DNA of 63,898 nucleotides, filler included, from an uncultured bacterium (GCA_964471275.1; 3 parts of 3 records of this genome joined end to end with filler, not necessarily neighbours in it); one strand, 5' to 3'; positions 9,580 through 20,493 are shown, counted from the whole stretch's first letter. Translations and numbers: made by a program. Notes: generated by a model not told the origin, from the sequence alone.

Positions 9580-10053
9580 ATGAACCGTCTCACTGACACG
9601 TGGGTCCGCTCGTTTGGCCAGTGCTTGCTGGTTTCGGTCCTGCTTTTTGGTATGAGCGCCTGTGCTGTGCGTCGCGTACCCCCGATCCGCTATATTCCCG
9701 GTCTGGGTAGCAGCGGGGGGCACTCAATGGACGCAATACTGGCTCGTGCCCTTAAGGACAAGAATCCCGTCGTTCGGCTGGATGCGGTACGTCTTCTGGG
9801 CACGATGAACGCCACCCCTGCGGAGCAGCGTAAGAGTGCCGCTGCCTTGGGCAGAGCGTTGGATGACAAGGATGAGAATCTGAGGCTCGAAGCCGTAAGA
9901 GTGTTGGCGAATTTCCGGTCCGACATCGCCGGCCCTTACCTGATGAAGGCGATGCACGACGAGAGCATTCGGATCCGGCTGCAGGTGGTCATAGTGCTCC
10001 GGCGCTCGTATGAGACCACGTCGGATCAGACACAGGCAGTGTCGGCACAATAG
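9580..10053 (+). CDS. HEAT-repeat lipoprotein
   Basis: Hydrophobic signal with MSAC lipobox, and LxDxxxxVRxxAVxxL repeats. Start may be 9529 or 9580. Confidence 0.8.
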   Translation: MNRLTDTWVRSFGQCLLVSVLLFGMSACAVRRVPPIRYIPGLGSSGGHSMDAILARALKDKNPVVRLDAVRLLGTMNATPAEQRKSAAALGRALDDKDENLRLEAVRVLANFRSDIAGPYLMKAMHDESIRIRLQVVIVLRRSYETTSDQTQAVSAQ

Positions 10054-10082
10054 TGGACCGATCCATTGTTGGCGTGCGCGGT

Positions 10083-10108
10083 GGCGACCCAATTGGGTCG
10101 TCTTTTTT
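10083..10108 (+). terminator. Intrinsic terminator
   Basis: GGCGACCC-AATT-GGGTCGTC followed by TTTTTT. Confidence 0.7.
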
Positions 10109-10176
10109 CGTGCTCTGGACGATCCTGACATCCAGACCTACTTTCCTGTTAATATCCATACTTGTGGGGAGGGAAG

Positions 10177-10638
10177 ATGGAGCACGAAAACGTCGCTAGT
10201 GTCCGGAAGATCATCGAGAGAGTCAGTGTCTTCAGGCGGATGACTCTGTGGGAGACAGATGCGATTCTGAAGCTCTGCGAATATCGGACGTTTGAGCGTG
10301 GCGAACTCATCTACAAAGAGGGAAGACCAAGTGATGAGATGCTGATCCTGCTGCAGGGGGGGCTGGTTGCGACGGCAGACTCCGGCACGGCCCTCGGCCG
10401 GATCGAGCCCGGCACGACGACGGGGGAGATGGGACTGCTCACGAAGAGTCCTCGGTCGGCCAACGTCGTCGCGAGCGAGCAAAGCGCTGGGTTCGCCCTG
10501 AAGAAGGCAGATCTCGACCGCCTCTTCTAACGCAACGAACGTCTCAAGATGAAAGTTTACGAGAACCTCGTGAGCCTGCTCTGCTCACGTCTTGCACAAG
10601 CCAACGTAACGATAGATAGCCAGATGAAACTGGCCTAG
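10177..10638 (+). pseudogene. Cyclic-nucleotide-binding domain protein with internal TAA (10528-10530)
   Basis: cNMP motif GEMGLL...RSANV. The C-helix KVYENLVSLLCSRLAQAN continues in frame after the TAA to TAG 10638. Confidence 0.75.
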
Positions 10639-10645
10639 AGGCCGC

Positions 10646-11515
10646 TTGAGCGAATCTTTCCCCAAAATGCAAATCGGTGACATAACGGTTACGGCTTTGT
10701 CTGCCGGCCGTGTCAGGATGGATGGCGGGGCTATGTTCGGCGTCGTGCCAAAACCGCTCTGGTCACAACGTCTCGTGCCTGACGACCGGAATCGTATCGA
10801 TCTCCAGATGTGGTGTCTGCTTGTCGAGACCCCCAATGAGACGCTTCTCATCGAAACGGGATTTGGCGGCAAGGTATCCGATCGGCTGCGAGAGATCTAC
10901 GGTCTTTGGGAGGAACCGGGGCTGATGACTGCGCTACGACAGGCAGGGAAGGGAGCTGGAGATGTTGATCGTGTGATCCTGACCCATCTGCATCAGGATC
11001 ATGCCGGAGGGACGACCGTCCGGGAAGGCGAAGGCTTTGCGCCCGCCTTTGAGAATGCGAGATACATCGTGCAGGCCGGCGAGTGGCGGGATGCTTGGGA
11101 AGCCGATGGGCAAACGGCGAACGCCTACCGCTTGGTGGAGGTTCTGGATCCGCTGGAGCGATCGGGTCAGGTCGAGCTGGTCGATGGAGATACGGACCTA
11201 GGAAACGGCGTACGGCTTATCGTCACCCCAGGTCATACACGCGCCCATCAGTCCGTGCTGATCGAGAGCCAGAACGACGCGCTTTTTTATGTCGGAGATC
11301 TCGTTCCGACAGCGAGTCATCTCAGGCCCATCTATGTTATGGCCTATGATCTCTACCCGCGCGAAACCTTTTTCAACAAGGAGCGCTTTCTGGAGCGGGC
11401 GGCAGACGATGGCTGGTGGGTGATGTGGCCTCACGATCCCGATCTCGTCTGGGCGAAGGTCGTGACCGATGAGCGTGACGGATACGCCGCGATCCAGGGA
11501 GTTGCTGCAAGCTGA
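10646..11515 (+). CDS. MBL-fold metallo-hydrolase (YtnP-like)
   Basis: DGGAMFGVVPKPLW, THLHQDHAGG, PGHT and YDLYP motifs. Confidence 0.92.
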   Translation: MSESFPKMQIGDITVTALSAGRVRMDGGAMFGVVPKPLWSQRLVPDDRNRIDLQMWCLLVETPNETLLIETGFGGKVSDRLREIYGLWEEPGLMTALRQAGKGAGDVDRVILTHLHQDHAGGTTVREGEGFAPAFENARYIVQAGEWRDAWEADGQTANAYRLVEVLDPLERSGQVELVDGDTDLGNGVRLIVTPGHTRAHQSVLIESQNDALFYVGDLVPTASHLRPIYVMAYDLYPRETFFNKERFLERAADDGWWVMWPHDPDLVWAKVVTDERDGYAAIQGVAAS

Positions 11516-11677
11516 TTGATCCACAACCTGAGGTCGAGACGTCAAGTTGCCGGGGCTCTCTGCCGTGTGATCCTATCCCGGATCCCGTGAGCGTCCTGGC
11601 CGGCTTCCCAAACAGATCATCCCGCGCACTGTGATCCATCGTCACAGTGACCCACGACGGGTAGCCTGCGCCTTCGT

Positions 11678-11706
11678 TTGACGCATCCTGCCGATACACC
11701 TATTAT
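11678..11706 (+). promoter_or_regulatory. Putative sigma70 promoter
   Basis: TTGACG-17 nt-TATTAT upstream of the GGAGG RBS and ATG 11731. Confidence 0.6.
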
Positions 11707-11730
11707 GCGCCGCACACCAACGGAGGATCC

Positions 11731-12354
11731 ATGAAGATCTGGGTTACGGGCGATTGCGGCCCAGCCACGCTTCCTGCAGTAGACCGCCTGAGGATCCATC
11801 ACGATGTGGTCGTGTCCGATGCGACTCTCGATCCACTTGACCCCGAACAGGTCACGCCGATGGTTGCCGGGGTCGATGCCCTCCTGCATCCGGCTTCGAT
11901 TGCCGACGCGTGTTCAAACGAAGAGACTCTGGATCGGGCTGCCCGCGGTGCCTACGTAGTTCTCACCGAAGCGGTGAAAGGTGGCGTTGGGAGAGCCGTC
12001 CTCGTCAGCGATTTATCGTGTTTTGCAGACTACCCCTCCGACTACGTGATCGATGAGACCTTCCGTCCTCGACCGAACCCAGATGCTGCAAGCCTGGCTC
12101 CGCTCCTCGCAGAGCGCACGTTCCGCGAGTTTTCCAGACAGGAATGCATCCAGACCCTGTGTCTTCGGTTCGGATCCGTCGATGTTCCCGGCGGCACCCC
12201 TTCCGGGATGGCGGTCGACGCCATCGACCGGGCTCTCACAAACGAAATCGAGAGAGGCACATACCGGTCGTGGCTGTTTCACGTAGCCGACAGCAACCGT
12301 TTTCCTCTCAAGGCCGCGAAGGGCAAGCCGCTCGTGCTGGGGCAGAAGCCGTGA
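11731..12354 (+). CDS. NAD-dependent epimerase/dehydratase-like protein, degenerate
   Basis: Extended-SDR layout (KIWVTG, VDALLHPA, CLRFG) but no intact GxxGxxG or YxxxK. Confidence 0.65.
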   Translation: MKIWVTGDCGPATLPAVDRLRIHHDVVVSDATLDPLDPEQVTPMVAGVDALLHPASIADACSNEETLDRAARGAYVVLTEAVKGGVGRAVLVSDLSCFADYPSDYVIDETFRPRPNPDAASLAPLLAERTFREFSRQECIQTLCLRFGSVDVPGGTPSGMAVDAIDRALTNEIERGTYRSWLFHVADSNRFPLKAAKGKPLVLGQKP

Positions 12355-13151
12355 GGGCCGTGAGCGCCGGAAAGGTGTGCATATTCGGCTCCGGTGGTCC
12401 GGTTGGGGCGGCGGCGCAAGAAGCTCTGAAGGGAGACTATACCCTCAGGCTGACCGATATTCGTGACGTTCGCGATGTGATCGATGCGGGTCCCCAGTCG
12501 GCGGGGGCGCCTCTTCCGACTGTGCCGGAGGCACCACACGAGTGGGTTCAGGTTGACGTGAGTAACTACGATCAAGTAGTTGCGGCGGCGGACGGGATGG
12601 ACGCACTGATCAATGCCAGCGTGCTGCGGCACGATCCTTCCCGCTCGTTCATGGTTAACACGGTCGGAGCGTTCAACGTGATGAAGGCTGCGGTGACCTG
12701 TGGGATCAAGAAAGTCATTCACACCGGGCCACGACACACGCGGCTCAGTTTCGAAGGCGACTACTGGTCCGATTTTGGTGTAACGGATGAAGCGCCACTG
12801 CACCCCGGTTCCGATCTCTATGCGCTTTCCAAATGTCTGGGCGGAGAGATCGTGAGAACGTTCGCCGAACGGCACGACCTAGATGTGATTACCTTCCTCT
12901 ATTGCGCGTTCAGACAAGGCGACGGTGGCAACGCTCCTGACGGAGCGGGCGCGCATCCGTTCACGATATCCTGGGAGGACACGGGTGACCCGTTTGCTTA
13001 TGCCTTACGAGCGGACCGCCTTCCTAATAATTACGAAGTCTTCGATATTCTCGCTGACCTGCCCCACGGGAAGTTTGGCACATCGAAGGCTGAACGCCTG
13101 TTGGGATGGAAGCCCAAGCATAACTTCGAGCGGCTTTTTCGAATGCCATAG
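12351..13151 (+). CDS. NAD-dependent epimerase/dehydratase (uronate-dehydrogenase-like)
   Basis: GSGGPVG, YALSK and KAERLLGWKP motifs. GTG start overlaps the upstream stop (GTGA). Confidence 0.85.
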   Translation: MRAVSAGKVCIFGSGGPVGAAAQEALKGDYTLRLTDIRDVRDVIDAGPQSAGAPLPTVPEAPHEWVQVDVSNYDQVVAAADGMDALINASVLRHDPSRSFMVNTVGAFNVMKAAVTCGIKKVIHTGPRHTRLSFEGDYWSDFGVTDEAPLHPGSDLYALSKCLGGEIVRTFAERHDLDVITFLYCAFRQGDGGNAPDGAGAHPFTISWEDTGDPFAYALRADRLPNNYEVFDILADLPHGKFGTSKAERLLGWKPKHNFERLFRMP

Positions 13152-13194
13152 ATCATCAAACGCGAATCCCGGGTGGTCAGTATCCGTAGATCGG

Positions 13195-13223
13195 TTGACT
13201 CCCCGGATCGATCCCTCTATCTT
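13195..13223 (+). promoter_or_regulatory. Putative sigma70 promoter
   Basis: TTGACT-17 nt-TATCTT upstream of 13285. Confidence 0.5.
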
Positions 13224-13284
13224 GTTCAGGCGCCTCAATCGGGGCGTTTTCGCTTGTACCCTCCACATTTGAATGCCTACCTGA

Positions 13285-14037
13285 ATGCCCAGAGGTCGCT
13301 GTCATTTTGCTCTGCTCGCCAGGCTCCACGAAGCGCTTAGAGCATCTCTACCCGATGTTGCCGAGCTCGCCGATCGTGAACGGCCTGCCTTCTGTGCGGG
13401 TAGCGTCGCCCCAGATGCGATGCGTTACTGTTCCGACCTCGGGAAGTTTGGGACCCATTTCTATTCCGAGGATCGGCCGGAAACCTGGGGACAGTCTGTC
13501 AGTGGGATGTTCGACGCCCATCCTGACCTATCGGATCCGGGGGGGCTGGATGATCGTGAACTGGCGCTTCTGCTCGGCTACATCTCACACCTGACCGTTG
13601 ATGAAGCTTTCCGCGATATCGTGACACACCAGGTGCACGGGATCGCCGAGTGGCGTCCGATCATCGGTGGACTCTGGTCGATCGTCGACGAACTGGATTT
13701 CGTGCACGCAGGGCTTGTCGATGCGCTCTCTGCTTACGGTGGCGAATGGAGTTTGAGCTTTATCGATGGTAAGAGGGTCCGTGAGTATCTGGATTTGGTT
13801 ACCCCCTGGGCAGAGACAACCGATCCCTGGGAGTCCGAGCAGGTGTTCCGCCGGCTGGTGAGGGATACTAGGCCAGAAGGGGAAGCGAGAGAGATCTGGC
13901 TGCACAATCGCAGGCAGGCAGCCGGGATTCTGGATGGTGCCCGGAAGGATGACTTCGTGGATGCTGCCGTTCGTCTGGGGCTTGGCGAGATCCAAACGTT
14001 TGTGAACGGCGGATACTGCAAGATGCCCTGCACCTGA
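13285..14037 (+). CDS. Zinc-dependent phospholipase C family protein
   Basis: MPxxxxH start, GSVAPD, THF and GYISHLTVD motifs of the Zn_dep_PLPC family. Confidence 0.75.
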   Translation: MPRGRCHFALLARLHEALRASLPDVAELADRERPAFCAGSVAPDAMRYCSDLGKFGTHFYSEDRPETWGQSVSGMFDAHPDLSDPGGLDDRELALLLGYISHLTVDEAFRDIVTHQVHGIAEWRPIIGGLWSIVDELDFVHAGLVDALSAYGGEWSLSFIDGKRVREYLDLVTPWAETTDPWESEQVFRRLVRDTRPEGEAREIWLHNRRQAAGILDGARKDDFVDAAVRLGLGEIQTFVNGGYCKMPCT

Positions 14038-14043
14038 CTCGCT

Positions 14044-16125
14044 ATGTCCGGTCCACACTCAAGAGCAAGACTGCTCGGTATTCTTGTGGTCACGTTCATC
14101 GGCCTCGGGTTACTGGTTGAATTGCTGGGCTACGTGACATACTATTTGGCGCCAACGGATCAAGCCTCCCAGCGGGAGGCCGTGGAGCTGAACCGCGCTC
14201 TGGGTTCGCTCGCGAAGCGTCCCGATCTGCCGTCTCAACCTGCAAGACTGAGTTCCGAATCTCCCCCGAAGCATCATCGCGTGATGGAATGGCCTGCCAC
14301 CAGCGCAAAAGTGTTTGCGGAGGCGCCCATGCTACAGCGGCAGAGCTCCGCCGGAGCGCTACCTCCCGTTATCGAGCGGTTGCCGACGGAGCCCCTGGTC
14401 ATCATTCCTGTCGACCAGATGGGACCCTACGGTGGCACCTGGACGAGATGTGGGACCGGTCCCCAGGATGTCGGTGTCTACCACCATCGCTTCGCCTACG
14501 AAGGTCTCGTCCGCTGGGATGCGATGGCACGTGAGATCCTGCCGAACCTGGCTGTGAGCTGGGAGGTCGCGGATAAGGGAAAGACATTCACCTTCCGACT
14601 CCGGAAGGGCGTAAAGTGGTCTGACGGTCACCCCTTCACTGCCGCCGATATCGCGTTCTGGTATGCAGATATCGTTCAGAATACGGATCTGACCTCGGTG
14701 ATCCCCGGTGAATACAGGGTTGGCGGCGAGTTGATGCGATTCGAAAAACTCGACGATTTTCGCATCCGATTCCGATTCCGGGTTCCGAACGGTCTGTTCC
14801 TGAAGCGTCTCGCCTCGGGACGCGGCTACGAGATGGCCGAGTATCCGGCTCATTACCTGAAGAGCTATCACGCTGCCTACCGACCGGAAGCCGAACTGGA
14901 GACGATGGCCAGGTCTCGCGGGTTCGACACCTGGAACAAGCTTTTTGAAGACATCAGGAACTATCGGAGCCCGGATACGCCTCGGCTCTGGCCGTGGGTC
15001 ATGGTCCAGCCGCCTCCGGCCCGGCCGGTTGTGTTTGAGCGGAATCCCTACTACTGGAAGGTCGATCCGGAGGGGCGTCAGCTTCCCTATATCGACCGGA
15101 TGACCTTTGAGGTTCTGGATCAAGAGACGATCAACCTAAAGGCCATCAACGGCGAACTGGGTATGCAGGCTCGACATCTTCAGTTCAGCAATTACTCGCT
15201 CTTAAAGGAAAACGAGGCGCGCGGGGGATACCGCGTGTATGAATGGACGAGCGGGCAGGGCGGTCAGAGCGTTATCCTGCCAAACCACAACCACAAGGAT
15301 CCCGTAATCCGTGAGATCATAGCTGACCGCAGGTTCCGAGTCGCGCTCTCGCACGCGATCAATCGCGAGGAAATCAACGAGGTCGGTTACCTGGGGATGG
15401 GTCAGCCGCGGCAGATGTCACCTCCGCCCACTTCGGTTTACTACTCCGATGCGTATGCAAACGCCTACCTCACCTATGACCCGGATCTTGCCAACCATCT
15501 TCTCGATCAGATGGGGCTCACAGAACGTGACCTGTCGGGAACGCGACTTCTGCCGGATGGACGCCCTCTGAAGCTCGATATCGAAGTCACATCGATCGCT
15601 GGCCGGCCGGCCTTGATCCTGATGGTCGCACAAAACTGGCGCGATGTTGGGATTGCGGCACAAGTGAAGGAGATGGCGCGCCAGCTGTGGGTGTATCGGA
15701 AACGAGGTGCCATGCACGACGTAGGCGTCTGGGGAGGGAGTGACGAACACTTGCCGATTCTGGAGCCCCGCTGGTTTGTGCCGATCGACCGGGTAGCCTA
15801 CCACGCGCCCCAATACGGAATATGGTATAATACACGCGGTAAACGGGGAGAGGAGCCCCCGGACGACATGAAACAGGCGATGTTGGTACTCCGGAAGATC
15901 GAGGAAACGGTTGACGAAACCGAGCAGGTTCACCTGTTTGGGGAGATTGTTGACCTCAACCTGAAGAATCTATGGGTGATCGGTCTTGTCGGCGAGGTGC
16001 CGATGATCGGTGTGGTCAAGAATACGTTTCGTAATGTTCCCGAAACGGCAGTCGGCGGGTGGTCTTCGCGATTCCCCGGGAACACGGCGGTCGAGAGTTA
16101 CGCGATAGATGAGAGGTATAACTAA
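14044..16125 (+). CDS. ABC transporter substrate-binding protein, family 5 (paralog 1)
   Basis: [34 protein letters not shown] and [19 protein letters not shown] motifs. N-terminal TM segment. Confidence 0.93.
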   Translation: MSGPHSRARLLGILVVTFIGLGLLVELLGYVTYYLAPTDQASQREAVELNRALGSLAKRPDLPSQPARLSSESPPKHHRVMEWPATSAKVFAEAPMLQRQSSAGALPPVIERLPTEPLVIIPVDQMGPYGGTWTRCGTGPQDVGVYHHRFAYEGLVRWDAMAREILPNLAVSWEVADKGKTFTFRLRKGVKWSDGHPFTAADIAFWYADIVQNTDLTSVIPGEYRVGGELMRFEKLDDFRIRFRFRVPNGLFLKRLASGRGYEMAEYPAHYLKSYHAAYRPEAELETMARSRGFDTWNKLFEDIRNYRSPDTPRLWPWVMVQPPPARPVVFERNPYYWKVDPEGRQLPYIDRMTFEVLDQETINLKAINGELGMQARHLQFSNYSLLKENEARGGYRVYEWTSGQGGQSVILPNHNHKDPVIREIIADRRFRVALSHAINREEINEVGYLGMGQPRQMSPPPTSVYYSDAYANAYLTYDPDLANHLLDQMGLTERDLSGTRLLPDGRPLKLDIEVTSIAGRPALILMVAQNWRDVGIAAQVKEMARQLWVYRKRGAMHDVGVWGGSDEHLPILEPRWFVPIDRVAYHAPQYGIWYNTRGKRGEEPPDDMKQAMLVLRKIEETVDETEQVHLFGEIVDLNLKNLWVIGLVGEVPMIGVVKNTFRNVPETAVGGWSSRFPGNTAVESYAIDERYN

Positions 16126-16149
16126 GACAATGGTTCAGGCCCGGGCGAA

Positions 16150-18279
16150 ATGAGGAAACGCGTCATCATCGGTATGCTGGCCATCTTCGGGACCTTCGGG
16201 GTGATCGTGGAAGCCCTGGGGAATCTGACCTGGCACCTTTCGCCACGGGATCCAGCTGCGATAGAAGAGGCGGGTCAGTTCCAGTCTCTCCTCGGTGGGC
16301 TGATTCAGACGCCTGAGGCGAGGATGGCGTCCTCGCATCCGGGGATGTCGGACGACCCCGCTGCAGCCGAGCTGGCACGGCAAGGCGCCAAACCGATCCA
16401 GGGCTTCCAGGCGGTTCATCAGGTGTCGGAGTGGCCGGAAGACTCAGGCGTCGCGTTCCGCGAGTCTCCGGTCCTGGCGGAGCAGGTAAGCATCGGCGTT
16501 CTGCCGCAAGTCGCTGAGAGACTGCCTCGACAGCCCCTCGTGATCTCGCCGCCCGATCAGAATGGCCCATACGGGGGGACGTGGGCACGGCTCGGAACGG
16601 GTCCCCGAGACATCAATATCGTCGAGGCACGTTTTGCGTACGAGGGTCTTGTCCGATGGGGTCCCAAGGGTAAGGAGATCCTACCGAACGTAGCGAGGAA
16701 ATGGAAAGTGTCGGAGGAGGGACGGGTCTTCACCTTCTGGCTGCGCGAAGGGATGCGATGGAGCGACGGTCATCCCTTTACCTCTGACGATATCGTGTTC
16801 TGGCGAAACGAGATTCTCCTGAACAAGGAGATCACGCCGGTTGTCATCAGGGAGTTCAAGCGGGACGGAGAACCGGTCGTGGTCGAGAAGGTCAGCGACA
16901 CCGTTTTCCGGTTTCGATTCAAGGAACCCAACGGTCTTTTCCTAAAAGCCCTCGCTTCGGGTCGCGGGATCGAGTGCACGCGAGAGCCCGCCCACTATCT
17001 CAAGCGATTTCTCCCCAAGTACGCAGGTCAGGCCCACGTCGATTCACTTGCCGCCGAGGAGAGTTTCGATCACTGGTCCAAGTATTTCGGCACGCTTCGT
17101 GAGTGGCGGAACGTGGATCTGCCCCGGCTCTGGCCCTGGGTCATTTCTGTCCCGCCTCCTGCTCGTCCTGCGGTGTTGGTTCGCAACCCGTACTACTGGA
17201 AAGTGGACCCCGACGGGAACCAGCTGCCTTACATCGACCGCATGACATTTGATGTCTTTGATGCCGAAACGATCAACTTCAAGGCGATAAACGGTGAAAT
17301 GGGGATGCAGGGACGCCATCTCCTGTTCGATAACTTTCCGCTGTTTATGGAGAATACAAAGAAGGGCGGTTACCGTGTTGTTCAGTGGATGAGCGGCAGT
17401 GGCGGGTCGCTCCTGATCGCACCGAACCTGAATCACAAGGACCCGGTGCTGAGAGCGCTGATCGAGGATCGACGCTTCCGGATTGCTTTATCCTACGCGA
17501 TGAACCGAGATGCGATCAACGAGATCGCCTACTTCGGGATCGGTACGCCGCGACAGATCGCCCCGCCGCCGATGTCGGACTACTACAGTGAATCGTTCGA
17601 AAAAGCATATACACGCTACGATCCAGAACTGGCGAACCGGATGCTCGACGAGATTGGGTTGACGGAGAAGACAGATCGCGGGATCCGTTTACGCTCGGAT
17701 GGTGAACCCCTCTCTGTGTATATCGAAACGACGTCGCTCAACAACCGTGCTCTTGAGCTTGTCGCGGCGGACTGGACTGCGGTGGGGGTGAAAACGGAGG
17801 TCAAAGAGAAGGCCCGTCAGCTCTTTTGGGAGAATCAGAAAGCGATGAACCACGACTTCGCGACGTGGGGCGGCGCTGACGAGTTTGTGCCAACGCTAGA
17901 TCCCCGGTGGCTGGTCCCGTGGAATGACAGTTCGATCCAGGCTCAGAACTATGCTCGATGGTTCCGGACGGGTGGGCGTCAGGGTGAGGCGCCGACAGGG
18001 GATCTCCTGCGGGTGACGCAGCTCTTCCAGCAAGTCGAGGTGACAACGGATGAGCAGGAACAGATCCGCCTGATGGGAGAAGTGATTGATCTGAATGAGC
18101 GGAATCTCTGGATCATCGGGACCGTTGGCCAGACACCATCTGTATACCTGGTCAAAGACACCTTTGTGAATGTTCCCGAGGTCGCGCTCTCGGGTTGGTC
18201 TTTCCGGACGCCCGGCAACACGGCGGTCGAGTGCTATGCGATCGATCCGAGTCTTGCAGGAAGCCGGAGCGACGGGTAG
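16150..18279 (+). CDS. ABC transporter substrate-binding protein, family 5 (paralog 2)
   Basis: Same family motifs ([36 protein letters not shown]). Confidence 0.93.
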   Translation: MRKRVIIGMLAIFGTFGVIVEALGNLTWHLSPRDPAAIEEAGQFQSLLGGLIQTPEARMASSHPGMSDDPAAAELARQGAKPIQGFQAVHQVSEWPEDSGVAFRESPVLAEQVSIGVLPQVAERLPRQPLVISPPDQNGPYGGTWARLGTGPRDINIVEARFAYEGLVRWGPKGKEILPNVARKWKVSEEGRVFTFWLREGMRWSDGHPFTSDDIVFWRNEILLNKEITPVVIREFKRDGEPVVVEKVSDTVFRFRFKEPNGLFLKALASGRGIECTREPAHYLKRFLPKYAGQAHVDSLAAEESFDHWSKYFGTLREWRNVDLPRLWPWVISVPPPARPAVLVRNPYYWKVDPDGNQLPYIDRMTFDVFDAETINFKAINGEMGMQGRHLLFDNFPLFMENTKKGGYRVVQWMSGSGGSLLIAPNLNHKDPVLRALIEDRRFRIALSYAMNRDAINEIAYFGIGTPRQIAPPPMSDYYSESFEKAYTRYDPELANRMLDEIGLTEKTDRGIRLRSDGEPLSVYIETTSLNNRALELVAADWTAVGVKTEVKEKARQLFWENQKAMNHDFATWGGADEFVPTLDPRWLVPWNDSSIQAQNYARWFRTGGRQGEAPTGDLLRVTQLFQQVEVTTDEQEQIRLMGEVIDLNERNLWIIGTVGQTPSVYLVKDTFVNVPEVALSGWSFRTPGNTAVECYAIDPSLAGSRSDG

Positions 18280-18281
18280 CC

Positions 18282-20408
18282 GTGGGTCTTTCTGCCAAAG
18301 CGACAACACGACTTCGATTTCTCGGATCGATGTTTGCGGTCTTTGTTGTATTTGGTGCGCTGGTCGAAGGTTTGGGAAGCATGACCTGGCATCTCTCGCC
18401 ACGCGATCCGGCCGCAATAGAAGAGGCGTCGCAATTCCAGGGCGTGCTGGCATCGCTAGTGAACACACCAGAGGTCGGTCTGTCTGCCGTGGCGCCATCT
18501 CCCTCGGAAGAGATCCAGCCCGTCGTAGCCCCGGGTGGCCCCCGTCAGCCGGTCGGGAAGCATCGTGTCGCAGAATGGCCCGCATCCCGGGGACGCGACT
18601 TCCACGAGTCCCCTATGCTGCAGGAACGGGTGCTGCGTGGTGATCTACCGATCGTGTCGAACCGCCTTCCGAAGAACCCTCTTGTGATCGTGCCGCCAGA
18701 GCAGATCGGTCCGTATGGCGGTACCTGGCCGCGATTGGCAAACGGTCCGAAGGATATCGGTATCCTCGAGGCACGGTTCGCCTATGACGGTCTGGTCCGA
18801 TGGGGTCCGATGGCGAACACAATTCTTCCGAATCTCGCCACGCATTGGACTGTCGAGGACAGCGCGAAAACATTCACCTTCTGGTTGCGAGAGGGCGTTC
18901 GCTGGTCTGACGGTCATCCGTTTACGGCGGAGGACATCCAGTTCTGGTATGAGGATGTGATCATCAACTCGGAGATCACACCTGTCATCCCGCGTGACTT
19001 CAAGCGCGAAGGGCAGGTGATGACTTTCGAGATGGTGGATGACCACACGATACGGTTTCGGTTTGTGTCGCCGAATGGACTGTTTCTGCAGGCGCTGGCG
19101 TCGGGGCGTGGGTACGAGATGGTGCGTCACGCGAAGCACTTCATGAGGAACTTCCATCCTCGATACACGCCGCCGGCCAGGCTGGACGAGATGGCGAAGG
19201 CGCGAGGCTTCGACTTGTGGACCAAACTCTATGAGGACACGTGGCAGTGGCGTACGAGCGAAACGCCACGGCTGTGGCCCTGGGTACTGACAGAACCGCC
19301 ACCGGCTCGCCCGGCGGTTCTCGAACGGAATCCCTATTACTGGAAGGTGGATCCAGAGGGAAATCAGCTTCCGTATATCGATCGAATGACCTTTGAGATC
19401 TACGATGCCGAGACGATCAATTTCAAGGCGATCAATGGCGAAATGGGAATGCAATCCCGGCATCTGGCGCTGCAGAACTACCCGCTCTTCATGGAGGGGA
19501 GAGAGAAGGGCGGTTACCGCGTCAACCATTGGATCGATCCCTCCATGGGCTACAACGCGATCGCGTTGAACCTCAATCATCCGGATACGATGATGCGTGC
19601 CATCATCCACGATCGGCGTTTCCGAATCGCTCTTTCTCACGCAATCGACCGGGAAGAGCTGAGTGAGGCAGATTATTTCGGCATCGGCATGCCAAGGCAA
19701 GTGGCGCCGCTGCCGACTTCCCCTTACTATTCGGAGGCATTTGAGAAATCCTACATTGCCTACGACACGGATCTTGCGAATCGCATGCTGGACGAGATGG
19801 GATTGACCAAGAAGAATGCCTACGGCATGCGTCTCCGTCCGGACGGCGATCCGATCGCGATCCGGCTGGAGACGACTTCACTGAACAACCGTGTCCTCGA
19901 GCTGGTTGCCGCATATTGGACCGCAGTCGGAGTGCTCACCGAGATCAAAGAAGAGGCCCGCCAGCTGTTCTACGAGCGGAAGAAGGGCCTGCTCCATGAC
20001 GGTGGTATCTGGGGTGCGGGGAACGGCCAGTCACCGCTGATCGATCCACGCAATCACGTGCCCTTCAGCGACGAGTCTATCTACGCAGTCGATTACGCAC
20101 GCTGGTTCAGGACAGACGGCAAGCGTGGCGAGCACCCCCCGGACGACATCGCCCGATGTATTGAACTCTACCGGGAGATCGAACGCACCTCCGAGCACGG
20201 GAAGCAAGTTGAGCTATACAAGCAGATTCTGGAGCTGAACCGGAAGAACCTGTGGGTAATCGGAACCGTTGGCGGCATGCCGTCCATCTTCCTGGTAAGG
20301 GATGACTTCAGGAACGTACCCGATGTGGCGATGGGAGGATGGATATTCAGGACGCCAGGGAATACCGCGATGGAGTGTTACGCGATCGATCCGGCAGGAG
20401 TGAACTAG
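18282..20408 (+). CDS. ABC transporter substrate-binding protein, family 5 (paralog 3)
   Basis: Same motifs. GTG 18282 chosen because it lies just after the paralog 2 stop and aligns with the other N-termini. Confidence 0.92.
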   Translation: MGLSAKATTRLRFLGSMFAVFVVFGALVEGLGSMTWHLSPRDPAAIEEASQFQGVLASLVNTPEVGLSAVAPSPSEEIQPVVAPGGPRQPVGKHRVAEWPASRGRDFHESPMLQERVLRGDLPIVSNRLPKNPLVIVPPEQIGPYGGTWPRLANGPKDIGILEARFAYDGLVRWGPMANTILPNLATHWTVEDSAKTFTFWLREGVRWSDGHPFTAEDIQFWYEDVIINSEITPVIPRDFKREGQVMTFEMVDDHTIRFRFVSPNGLFLQALASGRGYEMVRHAKHFMRNFHPRYTPPARLDEMAKARGFDLWTKLYEDTWQWRTSETPRLWPWVLTEPPPARPAVLERNPYYWKVDPEGNQLPYIDRMTFEIYDAETINFKAINGEMGMQSRHLALQNYPLFMEGREKGGYRVNHWIDPSMGYNAIALNLNHPDTMMRAIIHDRRFRIALSHAIDREELSEADYFGIGMPRQVAPLPTSPYYSEAFEKSYIAYDTDLANRMLDEMGLTKKNAYGMRLRPDGDPIAIRLETTSLNNRVLELVAAYWTAVGVLTEIKEEARQLFYERKKGLLHDGGIWGAGNGQSPLIDPRNHVPFSDESIYAVDYARWFRTDGKRGEHPPDDIARCIELYREIERTSEHGKQVELYKQILELNRKNLWVIGTVGGMPSIFLVRDDFRNVPDVAMGGWIFRTPGNTAMECYAIDPAGVN

Positions 20409-20493
20409 CGGTGAAGAGGCGTGAGACAAGCGTCTCGCCGTGTATGCGTTCTTCGGCCGACGGCCGTGGACGAGCATTTAAGGAGTCTGACTG

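Noticed and set aside
14044..20408. SBP triplication as an assembly artefact
   Set aside because: The copies differ throughout at synonymous and amino-acid level, so they are genuine paralogs.
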